From NCBI GenBank assembly GCA_017934955.1, contig JAGBIO010000025.1, positions 4,425 through 68,424 of the forward strand: a stretch of DNA of 64,000 nucleotides, given 5' to 3'. Position numbers and translations under genes: made by a program. The DNA is from Clostridia bacterium. GTDB taxonomy: Bacteria > Bacillota > Clostridia > TANB77 > RGIG9151. Positions 38,534 to 48,586 of this stretch are shown one piece after another. How positions within the stretch are numbered: the stretch's first letter is position 1; each line of letters begins with the position of its first letter. Under the pieces are notes generated by a model, which saw only the letters and a list, made by a program, of their open reading frames with translations, made no database searches and was not told the DNA's origin.

Positions 38534-40357
38534 ATGTGCGGAATTGTTGGTTATATTGGGCGTAAAGAGGCTGCCCCTGTGTTATTGGAAGGTTTGAAGA
38601 AGTTAGAGTATCGTGGTTATGATTCAGCAGGAATTGCTGTGATTGCGAATAAAAAGACGACGGTGATTAAGACAAAGGGCAGAATTGCAGATTTGGAAAA
38701 GAAATTTGAAGGAAAAATTCCGAAGGGAAATTTAGGAATTGGGCATACCAGATGGGCGACGCATGGTGCCCCGTCGGATGCGAATTCTCATCCGCATGCA
38801 AGTAATTCCGGAAAGATTGCGGTTGTCCATAACGGGATTATTGAGAATTATTTGGATTTGAAGAAGATGTTAATCGAGAAAGGCTATAAATTTGCATCGG
38901 AAACCGATACCGAGGTAATTGCACATTTGGCGGAGATGTATGATGACGGCGATTTGGTGAATACGCTGATAAAAGTGGTGAAAGATTTAAGAGGATCTTT
39001 TGCGATTGGCTTGATTCATGAAGATCATCCGGATGAATTTGTAGCGGTACGAAAAGATAGCCCGTTAATTGTAGGGGTTGGTGAGAAGGAAAACTTTATT
39101 GCTTCGGATATTCCGGCAATTTTAGAGTATACCAGACGTATTTATTTGTTAAATGACTTGGAAATTGTACATTTAACGGCGGAGAAAGTTGAAATATTAG
39201 ATTTGAATAAGAAAAAAATCGAAAAGAATATTTTTGAAGTGGAATGGGACGTGGAAGCGGCTGAGAAAAACGGGTATGAGCATTTTATGCTGAAGGAAAT
39301 CCATGAACAGCCGAAAGCGGTTCAAAATACGGTTACTCCGAGAATTGTAAATAACGATATTGTATTTGATAAGTTCTCGATTGATGAAAGCAGCTTAAAG
39401 GAAATCTCCAAAATCTTTGTTGTTGCCTGTGGGACGGCTTATCATGCCGGAATGGTGGGTAAGTATTTGATAGAGAATTTCGCGAGAATTCCGGTAGAAG
39501 TGGATATTGCTTCGGAATTCCGGTATCGTAATCCGATTGTGGATAAAAATACCTTAGTAATTATCGTAAGCCAATCAGGAGAAACTGCCGATACATTAGC
39601 AGCGTTAAGAGAATCCAAGAAGAAAGGTGCGAAGATTCTTGCGATTGTAAATGTGGTAGGAAGTTCGATTGCAAGAGAGGCGGATGATGTCATTTATACT
39701 TGGGCAGGTCCGGAAATTGCGGTTGCTTCTACGAAAGCGTATACGACGCAGCTTGCGACGATGTATTTACTGGCGATTAAGTTTGGCTTATTGACAAAGA
39801 ATTTGCCGACTTCGAGGGCGAGAAATTTGATTAAGGAGTTACGGGAAATTCCGGCGAAAATCGATTCTTTAATCGGGAGTTTGAAGGAAATTGAGACAAT
39901 GGCAAGACGTCATCACTGTGAGAAGGATATCTTCTATTTGGGAAGAGGTCTTGATTACATGGTTGCGTTGGAGGGTTCTCTTAAGCTAAAGGAAATATCT
40001 TATATCCACTCGGAAGCGTATGCTGCAGGAGAGCTAAAACATGGTACAATTGCTTTAATTGAACATGGTACGGTCGTATTTGCTTTGGCGACACAGGATG
40101 AGTTGTTCGAGAAAATGTTAAGTAATATTAAAGAAGTAAAGGCAAGAGGCGCGACGGTAATTGCGATAGCGAAAGAAGGAAATGAGAAGATTAAAGAAGT
40201 GGCGGATGAAGTGTTCTATATTCCGAATATTACCGATGCTCTGACCTCGATTTTAACGGTAATTCCTTTGCAGATGTTTGCTTATTATTGTGCAGTGGAT
40301 AAAGGCTGTGACGTAGATAAACCGAGAAATTTGGCAAAATCCGTGACGGTAGAATAA
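38534..40357 (+). CDS. glmS: glutamine--fructose-6-phosphate aminotransferase
   Basis: MCGIVGY N-terminal nucleophile. Two SIS domains. Length 607 aa. Confidence 0.95.
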   Translation: MCGIVGYIGRKEAAPVLLEGLKKLEYRGYDSAGIAVIANKKTTVIKTKGRIADLEKKFEGKIPKGNLGIGHTRWATHGAPSDANSHPHASNSGKIAVVHNGIIENYLDLKKMLIEKGYKFASETDTEVIAHLAEMYDDGDLVNTLIKVVKDLRGSFAIGLIHEDHPDEFVAVRKDSPLIVGVGEKENFIASDIPAILEYTRRIYLLNDLEIVHLTAEKVEILDLNKKKIEKNIFEVEWDVEAAEKNGYEHFMLKEIHEQPKAVQNTVTPRIVNNDIVFDKFSIDESSLKEISKIFVVACGTAYHAGMVGKYLIENFARIPVEVDIASEFRYRNPIVDKNTLVIIVSQSGETADTLAALRESKKKGAKILAIVNVVGSSIAREADDVIYTWAGPEIAVASTKAYTTQLATMYLLAIKFGLLTKNLPTSRARNLIKELREIPAKIDSLIGSLKEIETMARRHHCEKDIFYLGRGLDYMVALEGSLKLKEISYIHSEAYAAGELKHGTIALIEHGTVVFALATQDELFEKMLSNIKEVKARGATVIAIAKEGNEKIKEVADEVFYIPNITDALTSILTVIPLQMFAYYCAVDKGCDVDKPRNLAKSVTVE

Positions 40358-40376
40358 ATACAAAGGAGAGAGGTTA

Positions 40377-41339
40377 ATGGAAAAGAACTTAAGAAAAATT
40401 GCAGGTGCTACATTAATGGCGGCTTCCCTTTTAACGTTGCCGGCGATGGCGAAGAATTATGAATCATTATTGGATTTGTCTACACCGACAAATGAAAGAT
40501 ATCAAATAAGTCTTGATAATATGCAGATTGCTGCGGATGCTTACAAGACAGACGATTTTATAATGATAAAGTTAAGAGATATTGCGGAAAACGGTGGGAT
40601 AAAGCTGTTATGGAATCCCGAAACCGAGACAGTTGGCGTGGAATCCGGCGCAAATAAATTGGAAATAAAACCGGGAGAGAAAAACTATAAATTAAATAAG
40701 GAAAAAGGTATTTTTTACGGCAAAACAGAAATTAAAGAGGGAAGAACGTATGTGTCGCCGGAATTTTTTGAATTAATCGGTATAGTTAGTGTGATTGACG
40801 GAGATGATGTGAAATTGATTCGAAAAAGTTCGCTACCGGAAAATGCAGCGGTAATAAAGAGCATATCAAAGGATGAGATTACAGTAGAGGACTGTGAACG
40901 TGGGGAAGTAAGATTGGTTTTGAGTAAAGATACCAAATTGTCAGATGCGGATGGAAAGAAACTTTCCGCTTCTGACCTGTACATAGGTGCTATTGTAGAG
41001 GTAGATTACAGTGATGCAATGACATTTAGTTTGCCGCCGGTAAATGTTCCTGTTTCCATTCGTTTGTTGAATGTGGAGTTGGTGAATCAATTAGAATTAG
41101 AAGGAAATATTGAAGAAATATCAGAAAATTACATGATATTAAAGGATGTAGAGAATTATCAAAGACTTCTTCTAAATATGAATGAAGAAACAAAAATTTC
41201 ACATATTACGGGTAACAAACGGATTTATCGAAAGGATGATTTGGAGGTTGGAATGAAAGTAAAGGCAATTGTATCCTATGCGTTTACGAGAAGTATTCCG
41301 GCACAAACCTATGCTTATGAAATTATAATCTGCGAATAA
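40377..41339 (+). CDS. secreted protein with copper-amine-oxidase-N-terminal-like (cell-wall-binding stalk) domain
   Basis: Signal peptide MEKNLRKIAGATLMAASLLTLPAMA. A stalk-domain-like repeat region is present. No catalytic motif was recognised. Confidence 0.45.
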   Translation: MEKNLRKIAGATLMAASLLTLPAMAKNYESLLDLSTPTNERYQISLDNMQIAADAYKTDDFIMIKLRDIAENGGIKLLWNPETETVGVESGANKLEIKPGEKNYKLNKEKGIFYGKTEIKEGRTYVSPEFFELIGIVSVIDGDDVKLIRKSSLPENAAVIKSISKDEITVEDCERGEVRLVLSKDTKLSDADGKKLSASDLYIGAIVEVDYSDAMTFSLPPVNVPVSIRLLNVELVNQLELEGNIEEISENYMILKDVENYQRLLLNMNEETKISHITGNKRIYRKDDLEVGMKVKAIVSYAFTRSIPAQTYAYEIIICE

Positions 41340-41360
41340 TTGCAGAGTTAGGAGTGTTTC

Positions 41361-42077
41361 ATGAATTATCTTGAGTTTCGAATTTTTAAGGATTATCCGG
41401 AGATTGCAGCGGGGATTACTTACCGTGGGGACGATTTCATGCATATTGATTTTCATTCTGAAACTTTTTTGGATTCGAAAGCGAAACTTGCGGCGGAGTT
41501 GGGAGTTTTGGAACGCGATGTTTATTTTGTGAATCAAGTGCATGAGAAGGAAATTCGGATGATTGAGTCGGCATCTCAAAATGATATCTTAAGTTATGAC
41601 GGTTTGATGACGAATTGCCCGGAAAAATTGCTTGTGACGTGTTATGCTGATTGTGTGCCTTTATTGTTTTATGATCCGGAGAAGAATGTCGTAGCGTCGG
41701 TCCATTCCGGTTGGAAAGGGACGATTAAGAAAATCGGGGCGGAAGCGGTAAAGAAGATGCAGCAGGAATACGGTTGTCATCCGTCGGATATTTTAGTGGG
41801 AATCGGTCCTTCTATCGGTCCTTGCTGTTTTGAAGTCGGAGAGGATGTTTATAAGGAATTTGAGCAAAAGATACCGGTTGGGGCTTTTCAGGATAAAGGA
41901 AAGTTATTTGTGGATTTATGGAATGCTAACATTGAGATTTTATTAGCTGCAGGAGTGAAACGAGAAAATATTGAGTGCAAGGGAATTTGTACTTGCTGTC
42001 ATCATGACAAATATTATTCTTATCGAAGTGGCGATAAGGAAGCCGGTAGGTTTGCAGCGTTTATTATGGTGAAATAA
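41361..42077 (+). CDS. pgeF: peptidoglycan editing factor PgeF (YfiH/DUF152 laccase-domain protein)
   Basis: HSGWKG motif, CYADCVP motif and a C-terminal CxxC..H cluster, typical of the DUF152 family. Confidence 0.8.
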   Translation: MNYLEFRIFKDYPEIAAGITYRGDDFMHIDFHSETFLDSKAKLAAELGVLERDVYFVNQVHEKEIRMIESASQNDILSYDGLMTNCPEKLLVTCYADCVPLLFYDPEKNVVASVHSGWKGTIKKIGAEAVKKMQQEYGCHPSDILVGIGPSIGPCCFEVGEDVYKEFEQKIPVGAFQDKGKLFVDLWNANIEILLAAGVKRENIECKGICTCCHHDKYYSYRSGDKEAGRFAAFIMVK

Positions 42078-42103
42078 AAATTGGTGTTTTATAACAAAAA
42101 AGA

Positions 42104-42396
42104 AAGTCCGTAGCTATAATTCAGACTATAATCTTGTATCTTTCGAAAAATATCGTTAGAATGTAGTTTGTAGGGAAACAATTCATTGTGTCCTAATTTC
42201 TACCTTCTGTTTGTTCCACGGACACAATAGCAGGCGAAACTTCCCAATCACTTCGTTCTTGGAGTTTCTTTGCACAGGACGTACATTCCATTCGCTACGC
42301 TCATGGTGTTACGTCCGCAAATTGTGTCCCTACAAAGAGTATGATATTATTGTAGAAAGACATATTCTGAATTGTAACTTATAACTATGGACTTTC
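42104..42396. repeat. Complete MITE with ~35-bp terminal inverted repeats (AAAGAAAGTCCGTAGCTATAATTCAGAC / GTCTGAATTGTAACTTATAACTATGGACTTTCTTT). It contains a GGACACAAT..ATTGTGTCC hairpin whose loop carries a 92-nt insert (42229-42320).
   Basis: Direct inspection. The insert is about 85% identical to the reverse complement of 20129-20220. Confidence 0.8.
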
Positions 42397-42456
42397 TTTT
42401 CTTCTTATTGAGGTTTTTTCTGTTCTTTGATACAATCTTTTCAAAGGATGATGAAG

Positions 42457-43266
42457 ATGAAAATAGAGGTAAGAGATTTTAATATAGCACAAATTGCGGA
42501 ATCAGGAGAGTGTTTTCGCTGGAGAAAAGTTGGGGAATCGGATTATGTCGGTGTGATATGCGGTAAAATTTGCAGAGTAAGACAGCGAGAAAATATGGTG
42601 GAGTTTGAAGGTGTTTTGGAGGGGGAATTTCGGAAGTATTTTGATTTGGAACGGGATTATTCGGCGATTCAACACTATTATAAAGAAGATCCGATTTTAG
42701 CGGAAGCGATGCGGTGTGGAAGCGGAATTCGGATTTTGAATCAAGAAAAATTCGAAACATTGATTTCCTTTATTATATCTGCGAATAACAATATTCCTCG
42801 TATTAAAAATTCGGTGGAGGCTTTGGCAAAGAAATTTGGAAAACAGATTGAAGGGGACTTTTTTGCTTTTCCGACGCCGGAAGAGTTGGCAAAGGCGTCT
42901 TTGGAAGATTTGCAGATGTGTGGTTTGGGGTATCGGGACAAGTATGTTTTTCAAACTTGTCGTGAGATTGTTGCGAGAAAAAGTTTGGAGGAGATTGCGA
43001 AACTGCCTGTGGAGGAGTGTCGGAAAGAATTGCTGAAGTTTGCGGGAGTGGGACCGAAAGTAGCAGATTGTATTATGTTGTTTTCTATGCAGAAATACGA
43101 GGCTTTTCCTGTGGATGTCTGGATTAAGCGGATTATAGAGACGCTTTACTTAAAGGAAGAAAAAAGTTTGAAGGAGATAACGGGTTACGCGAAAGAGAAG
43201 TTTGGAGAATATGCCGGAATTGCGCAACAGTATTTATTCTTTTATGCGAGAGAAAATAAAATTTAG
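42457..43266 (+). CDS. ogg: 8-oxoguanine DNA glycosylase / AP lyase (HhH-GPD, OGG-like)
   Basis: FAGVGPKVADCIMLF HhH-GPD motif. OGG-like N-terminal beta domain. RBS AAAGGATGATG before the ATG at 42457. Confidence 0.75.
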   Translation: MKIEVRDFNIAQIAESGECFRWRKVGESDYVGVICGKICRVRQRENMVEFEGVLEGEFRKYFDLERDYSAIQHYYKEDPILAEAMRCGSGIRILNQEKFETLISFIISANNNIPRIKNSVEALAKKFGKQIEGDFFAFPTPEELAKASLEDLQMCGLGYRDKYVFQTCREIVARKSLEEIAKLPVEECRKELLKFAGVGPKVADCIMLFSMQKYEAFPVDVWIKRIIETLYLKEEKSLKEITGYAKEKFGEYAGIAQQYLFFYARENKI

Positions 43267-43438
43267 CGGATGAAATACAAATGTACCCGCTGGACGTCGA
43301 GGACGCCGTCTCCTACGAATGTTTGTGACAATGTTATGTCTGAATTGTAAAAAAAAAATCAAAAAACTATAAAGTAATTATGTCTCCGTGCCGATATATA
43401 TTTGTAGGAATATTGATATACAAATGGAGGTGTATAGA

Positions 43439-44170
43439 GTGGCATTTAATTTTTCATTAAACGGAGTTAGCGGATTGACCGGATTTTATAGTGATTTCGC
43501 TAACATTAAAAGCGGTACGTACAAAAAATTGTTGAATGCGTATTATTCTAAGGTGCAGGGGAGTCAGACATCTGAAAAAGTATCAAGTTTGAATAAAGAT
43601 TCTGTGGCAGTGAAGAATGAGAAAAACGCATTAAAGGCGGTTAAGGCGAATGCGGATTCTTTAGGTATTTCTGCTTCGAATTTAGTGGAGAAGGGTGCTA
43701 AATCGGTATTTAATAAAAAGAAAGTCGAGTCGGTAAATGAAGAAACCGGGGAGAAAACGACTTCAATGGAGTATGATAAGGAGAAAATTTCATCGGCTGT
43801 AAAACAGTTTGTTTCGGATTATAATGCGGTAATTGAGAAATCTGCCGATACCGATAGTACAAAAGTGATGAGTAAAACGCTTAATATGATTGATAATACA
43901 GCGATTTATAAGGATAGCTTATCTAAGATCGGTATTTCTATCGGAAGCGATAATAAATTAACGGTGGATGAAGAGAAGTTTGCGGCGGCAGATATGACTT
44001 CGGTGAAGAGTTTATTTAATGATGCGAATTCTTTTGGGCAAAGGACGATGCAAAAGGCATTACAGATTAGCAGTGAAGCGAATCGAGATATGCTGAGTGC
44101 GAGCCTTTATACAAGTAAAGCTTCCTATCAGAATTATGATTATACGAGTTTGTTGAATATGTATTTATAA
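43439..44170 (+). CDS. hypothetical protein, with weak FliD (flagellar cap)-like termini
   Basis: GTG at 43439 is preceded by RBS GGAGGTG; the alternative ATG at 43424 has no RBS. N-terminus GVSGLTGFYSDFANIKSG and C-terminus DNKLTVDEEKFAAADMTSVKSLFNDANSFGQR weakly recall FliD. There is no flagellar gene context. Confidence 0.45.
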   Translation: MAFNFSLNGVSGLTGFYSDFANIKSGTYKKLLNAYYSKVQGSQTSEKVSSLNKDSVAVKNEKNALKAVKANADSLGISASNLVEKGAKSVFNKKKVESVNEETGEKTTSMEYDKEKISSAVKQFVSDYNAVIEKSADTDSTKVMSKTLNMIDNTAIYKDSLSKIGISIGSDNKLTVDEEKFAAADMTSVKSLFNDANSFGQRTMQKALQISSEANRDMLSASLYTSKASYQNYDYTSLLNMYL

Positions 44171-44304
44171 AGATTGAAAATATAATTAGATTAGGACACC
44201 ATGAATGGTGTCCGTACAATGGTGTGAAGCATTATTTGAGTGGAAGAGAAATTGAAAGGTACCTTTGAAATGAAATGAAAGGTATCTTTTTTATGGAGGA
44301 AATT

Positions 44305-45327
44305 ATGGATTTGATGAAAATAACAAAGCCGTTATTGGCATGGTATAAGGAAAATGCGAGGGAGTTACCTTGGAGAGAGGATAAAGATCCTTATAAGATT
44401 TGGATTTCGGAAGTGATGTTACAGCAGACCAGAATTGAGGCGGTAAAGCAGTATTATACACGATTTATGGAAGAGTTACCGACAGTAAGTGATTTGGCGA
44501 CGATTGAGGAGGAGAGACTTTTAAAACTCTGGGAAGGGCTGGGATATTACAGTCGGGCGAAGAATTTGAAGAAGGCGGCGGAGAAAGTGATGAAGGAGTA
44601 TTGCGGAACAATGCCGGGCTCTTATGTGGAGTTGCTTTCTCTTCCGGGAATCGGAGAATATACGGCGGGTGCGATTGCGTCGATTGCTTATGACGAACGG
44701 GTGCCGGCGGTGGATGGTAATGTACTTCGTGTGGTGGCGAGAGTGAAGGGAAGCCGAGAGAATGTTTTATTGCCGGAAGTGAAAAAACAGGTAACAAAAG
44801 AGTTGAGCGAGATTATGCCGGAGGAGGCGGGAGATTTTAATCAGGCGTTAATGGAATTGGGAGAAACCGTTTGTTTGCCAAATGGGATTCCGGTTTGCGA
44901 AAAGTGTCCGTTAAAGGAGTTTTGTATTGCACGAAAAGAAGGGATTACAGCCGAGATTCCGATTCGGGAGAAGAAGACAGAGAGAAGAAAAGAGGAACGA
45001 AATGTTTTTTTAATTCGTTGTGGAGAAGAAATTGCGATTCGAAAAAGACCGGAAAAGGGATTGTTGGCGAATTTATATGAGTTTCCGAATTTTGAAAAGA
45101 AGGAACAGTCGGTTGAAGATGGTTTGGCAGAATGGGGATTTTCGGTGAAGCAAATAAAGGAGAAGAGGGAGTATAAGCATATTTTTTCGCATGTGGAGTG
45201 GAAAATGAGTGTGTATGAGGTGGAAGTAGAGGAAAAAAATGCGGAGTTTTTGTGGGCGAGAAGAGAAGAACTTTTAGAGAAATATCCGATTGCGAGTGCA
45301 TTTGCACCGATTGTGGCGCAATTATGA
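44305..45327 (+). CDS. mutY: A/G-specific adenine DNA glycosylase
   Basis: HhH-GPD motif (LPGIGEYTAGAIASIAY..VDGNVLRV), 4Fe-4S Cys cluster (CLPNGIPVCEKCPLKEFC), and a C-terminal NUDIX-like domain. The start is uncertain: ATGs at 44275, 44293 and 44305. GGAGGA precedes 44305. Confidence 0.85.
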   Translation: MDLMKITKPLLAWYKENARELPWREDKDPYKIWISEVMLQQTRIEAVKQYYTRFMEELPTVSDLATIEEERLLKLWEGLGYYSRAKNLKKAAEKVMKEYCGTMPGSYVELLSLPGIGEYTAGAIASIAYDERVPAVDGNVLRVVARVKGSRENVLLPEVKKQVTKELSEIMPEEAGDFNQALMELGETVCLPNGIPVCEKCPLKEFCIARKEGITAEIPIREKKTERRKEERNVFLIRCGEEIAIRKRPEKGLLANLYEFPNFEKKEQSVEDGLAEWGFSVKQIKEKREYKHIFSHVEWKMSVYEVEVEEKNAEFLWARREELLEKYPIASAFAPIVAQL

Positions 45328-45334
45328 CAGAGAA

Positions 45335-45480
45335 ATTATGGACAGCATTTATGGTGTATTTGGAATAGGTGGACAGCATGAATGCTGTCCGTACAGATGG
45401 AGAGGGTAAAAATAACATCGGAGTATTTGGAAGGATAGATGGACAGCATGAATGCTGTCCGTACAAAAAGGAAAGGGTAA
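45335..45480. repeat. Two tandem ~63-bp units, each containing GGACAGCATGAATGCTGTCCGTACA
   Basis: The unit GGAGAGGGTAAAAATAACATCGGAGT...GGACAGCATGAATGCTGTCCGTACA is directly repeated. Confidence 0.8.
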
Positions 45481-45619
45481 AAATAACATCGGAGTCCTTT
45501 ATGATACTATGACATAAATGGCGAAATGAAGCGCTTTTTGGTGAACGAATTTCGTTGACTTCCCTATTTCTCGGTGGTATATTGAGACCGTTAGAGATGA
45601 TTGGAAGGGGGAGTTGTGT

Positions 45620-46156
45620 ATGGAATTAAAGGGGAGTAAGACGGAGGCAAATTTGATGACGGCGTTTGCCGGAGAGTCGCAGGCGAGAAATAAATATACT
45701 TTTTATGCAGCAAAAGCAAGAAAAGAGGGCTTTAATCAGATTGCAGATATTTTTGAGGAGACGGCGAATAATGAGAGGGCGCATGCGAAACTTTGGTTTG
45801 AGATGTTAAGTGAAGGAATCGGGACGACGGAAGTAAATTTGAAGGATGCGGCTGCGGGAGAGAATTATGAGTGGACAAGCATGTATGCAGAGTTTTCGAA
45901 GGTGGCGAAGGAAGAGGGATTTGATCGACTTGCATATTTGTTTAGTGAAGTGGGTAAGATTGAGAAGGAACATGAAGAGCGTTTCTTGGCGTTAATGGTG
46001 AATATTAAGGCAGGAAAAGTGTTTAATAAGGATGGTCAAGTGGCATGGGTTTGCAAGAATTGCGGACATATTCATTTTGGCGACAAAGCACCGGAGATGT
46101 GTCCGGTATGTGCGCATCCGCAAGCATTTTTTGAAGTGAGAGCGATGAATTATTAA
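45620..46156 (+). CDS. rbr: rubrerythrin
   Basis: N-terminal ferritin-like di-iron domain (E..E..H motifs twice). C-terminal rubredoxin-like CxxC...CxxC (CKNCGH..CPVCAHP). Confidence 0.9.
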   Translation: MELKGSKTEANLMTAFAGESQARNKYTFYAAKARKEGFNQIADIFEETANNERAHAKLWFEMLSEGIGTTEVNLKDAAAGENYEWTSMYAEFSKVAKEEGFDRLAYLFSEVGKIEKEHEERFLALMVNIKAGKVFNKDGQVAWVCKNCGHIHFGDKAPEMCPVCAHPQAFFEVRAMNY

Positions 46157-46309
46157 GGTGGGGCGTAAAAAACTGTCTCAGAAAATTTTATTTTTTGAGG
46201 CAGTTTTTTTACAGCTCCATTTTTGTTGACATAAATTTAAACGTGAGATATAATAAGCTGTCGTGATTTTATAGAGATTCCGGAAAGAATTTTAAGGAGG
46301 ACGTTTTTT

Positions 46310-46786
46310 ATGGAGAGGTTTGCTAAGGTGGAACGAGTGGTTCGAGTAGTGAAACCGAACGGTGAGGCAGTTTATTATGATGATATGCCGTATTTGGACT
46401 TTTTTGAGGGTTATGCGGCGGTTGCGCGTGGTGGAAAATGGACGTATATCGATAAAATGGGAGAAGAACTCTGTCCGCCGCAATATGATGATGCGGATGC
46501 TTTCTTTAACGGATATGCAGCGGTAAAGATGAATGTGAAGTGGGGATTTATTGATACTTCCGGAAAAGAAATTTGCATCATGCGTTATGATGCCGTGGGA
46601 AACTTTATGAATGGCTATGTTCGTGTGAAAAGAGATGGAAAGTGGACATTTATAAATACTTCCGGCCAGGAACTTTGCGAGCCGATGTTCGATGATGTGG
46701 TAGATTTTGAAAATGGGCGTGCGCATGTTCGTTACGGTTCTCGTTGGGGCTGGATGAATGAGATGGTCGAAGTTTTTTGGCAATAA
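46310..46786 (+). CDS. WG-repeat protein (fourth paralog)
   Basis: GKWTYIDKMGEELCPPQYDDADAFFNGYAAV repeats. Own promoter TTGACA-17-TATAAT. RBS AAGGAGG. Confidence 0.7.
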   Translation: MERFAKVERVVRVVKPNGEAVYYDDMPYLDFFEGYAAVARGGKWTYIDKMGEELCPPQYDDADAFFNGYAAVKMNVKWGFIDTSGKEICIMRYDAVGNFMNGYVRVKRDGKWTFINTSGQELCEPMFDDVVDFENGRAHVRYGSRWGWMNEMVEVFWQ

Positions 46787-46872
46787 AGTGTGTGTGGAAA
46801 AGTAAGAGAATGAAAGGTCAGGGGTAGCGGGCAGAATCCGTTATCTCTGACCTTTTACGTTGGATTGGTATA

Positions 46873-47075
46873 AGTTAGACTATAATTGTTGCAAATATAT
46901 CGTGACGTCGAGGACGCCGTCCCCTACAATGATGGCACAATCATTGTAGGGACAGCATTCATGATGTCTATGGAATAGGCAAATGCTTAGAAATTAGGAC
47001 ACAATAAATTGTGTCCCTACAATAGATTGAGAAATATTTAAGGTACATTATAAGGCTAAGTCTGAACTGTAACTT
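46873..47075. repeat. Complete MITE (ends GTTAGACTATAATTG / AAGTCTGAACTGTAAC) containing the GGGACGTCGAGGACGCCGTCCC palindrome and a GGACACAATAAATTGTGTCC hairpin
   Basis: Direct inspection. Confidence 0.8.
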
Positions 47076-47189
47076 TTGTTCTAAAAATATGGAAATTAGG
47101 AAATAATTATGATATGATTTTTTAGAATTGAGAAATAAAAAAGGTTAGGATTTTATTAAAAAAGACGATATTAGATGGGAGGAGAATGT

Positions 47190-47837
47190 ATGAACAAAAA
47201 TGTTTTGAGAAAGTTATCTTATGGGGTGCATGCAGTTGGAACGATGGACGGTGAGAGACCGACGGGGTGCATTGCGAATAGTGTGATGCAGATTACTTCT
47301 TCTCCGATGACGGTTGCGGTTAGTATGAATCATGATAATTATACGCATAGCTGTATGGAGAAGTCCGGAAAGTTTTCGATTTCTATTTTATCGGAAAATA
47401 CCGCTCCGAGTGTGATTGGTACTTTGGGTTTTCAATCGGGAAGGGATAAGAATAAGTTTGATGAAGTGGCTTATGAAATGATAGATGGATTGCCGGTTAT
47501 AACAGACAGTTGCGGATATTTTCTTTGTAAGATCATCGGGAAGATGGAGACAACGACACATACGGTATTTTTGGCGGAGATTGTTGAGGGAGATGTGTTT
47601 GAAGAGAAAAAAGAGATGACGTATGCGTATTATCATCAAGTGGTGAAGGGCAGCAGTCCGAAGAATGCACCGACTTATATAGAGGAGAAGAAGGAAGAAC
47701 AAACGGCGAAGGTGACGTATGTTTGTCCGATTTGCGGGTATGAGTACACCGGAGAAGTTCCGTTTGAAGAATTACCGGAGGATTGGGTTTGTCCGATTTG
47801 CTTGCAGCCGAAGAGTGAGTTTCGGAAAAAAGAATAG
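47190..47837 (+). CDS. flavin reductase-like domain fused to a C-terminal rubredoxin
   Basis: N-terminal FMN-binding split-barrel pattern. C-terminal CPICGYEY...[10 protein letters not shown] rubredoxin CxxC pairs. RBS GGGAGGAG before the ATG at 47190. Confidence 0.7.
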   Translation: MNKNVLRKLSYGVHAVGTMDGERPTGCIANSVMQITSSPMTVAVSMNHDNYTHSCMEKSGKFSISILSENTAPSVIGTLGFQSGRDKNKFDEVAYEMIDGLPVITDSCGYFLCKIIGKMETTTHTVFLAEIVEGDVFEEKKEMTYAYYHQVVKGSSPKNAPTYIEEKKEEQTAKVTYVCPICGYEYTGEVPFEELPEDWVCPICLQPKSEFRKKE

Positions 47838-47839
47838 GA

Positions 47840-48586
47840 GTGAGAGGTTTGAAAAAAGGCATCAAAATATTGGTAGTCGCGGTGATTCTTGTTGGTGTTG
47901 CTACTGTTTGGATGATTAAGAATAAGTCGGTAACTGTGGCAGATGAGGTAGAAAAGAATTCTTCGCTCTCGGAAGAAAAACGCCGGGAAGAATTGGAGAA
48001 AGAAGATGCTTCGCAGGCAAATGACGCGAGTGAGCCATTACCGGTGATACAGGAGGAGACGCAAGCAGAGGTGCCTGAGACGATAGAGAAGCCGGAATTG
48101 GTGAAAGAAAAAGGTCCGAGTGAGATTGAGAAGGCAGAGGAAAAAACGGTAATTCCTGAAAATTCGCCGGAAGAAAAGGAAGAAGTGCCGGAGGAGCAGA
48201 AAACGATAGAAGAGGCATTATCGGCTGAAAAGGAGAACCCGGAAGCAGTTGTGACGCCGGAATTGGCGGCAACGGAGTTTGATTTGGAAAAATTGAAGTC
48301 TTATAAACTGCCGATAATGATTGAGTTTGGTGCTTCATGGTGTACTTGGTGTCGGTGGATGGAGCCGACGCTGGAGGAGCTAAATAAGGAGTATGCCGGG
48401 AAAGTGATTATTCAATCGGTGGATGTAGAAAAATTCCGTAGTGAGGTAAGTTCGTTTGACGTGAGTCTTCTTCCGACAATTTATTTTTTCGATGCGGAGG
48501 GAACTGTTTTTGAGACACGCGTGGGAGCGATGGTAAAGGAAGATATTTTGAAGGTGTTTGAAAGCATGGGTGTGAAGAATGATTGA
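47840..48586 (+). CDS. membrane-anchored thioredoxin-fold protein (TlpA/ResA-like) with atypical C-T-W-C active site
   Basis: N-terminal TM helix, a long acidic Glu/Pro-rich linker, then the thioredoxin fold EFGASWCTWCRWMEP. The start is uncertain: GTG at 47840 or TTG at 47849. Confidence 0.65.
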   Translation: MRGLKKGIKILVVAVILVGVATVWMIKNKSVTVADEVEKNSSLSEEKRREELEKEDASQANDASEPLPVIQEETQAEVPETIEKPELVKEKGPSEIEKAEEKTVIPENSPEEKEEVPEEQKTIEEALSAEKENPEAVVTPELAATEFDLEKLKSYKLPIMIEFGASWCTWCRWMEPTLEELNKEYAGKVIIQSVDVEKFRSEVSSFDVSLLPTIYFFDAEGTVFETRVGAMVKEDILKVFESMGVKND

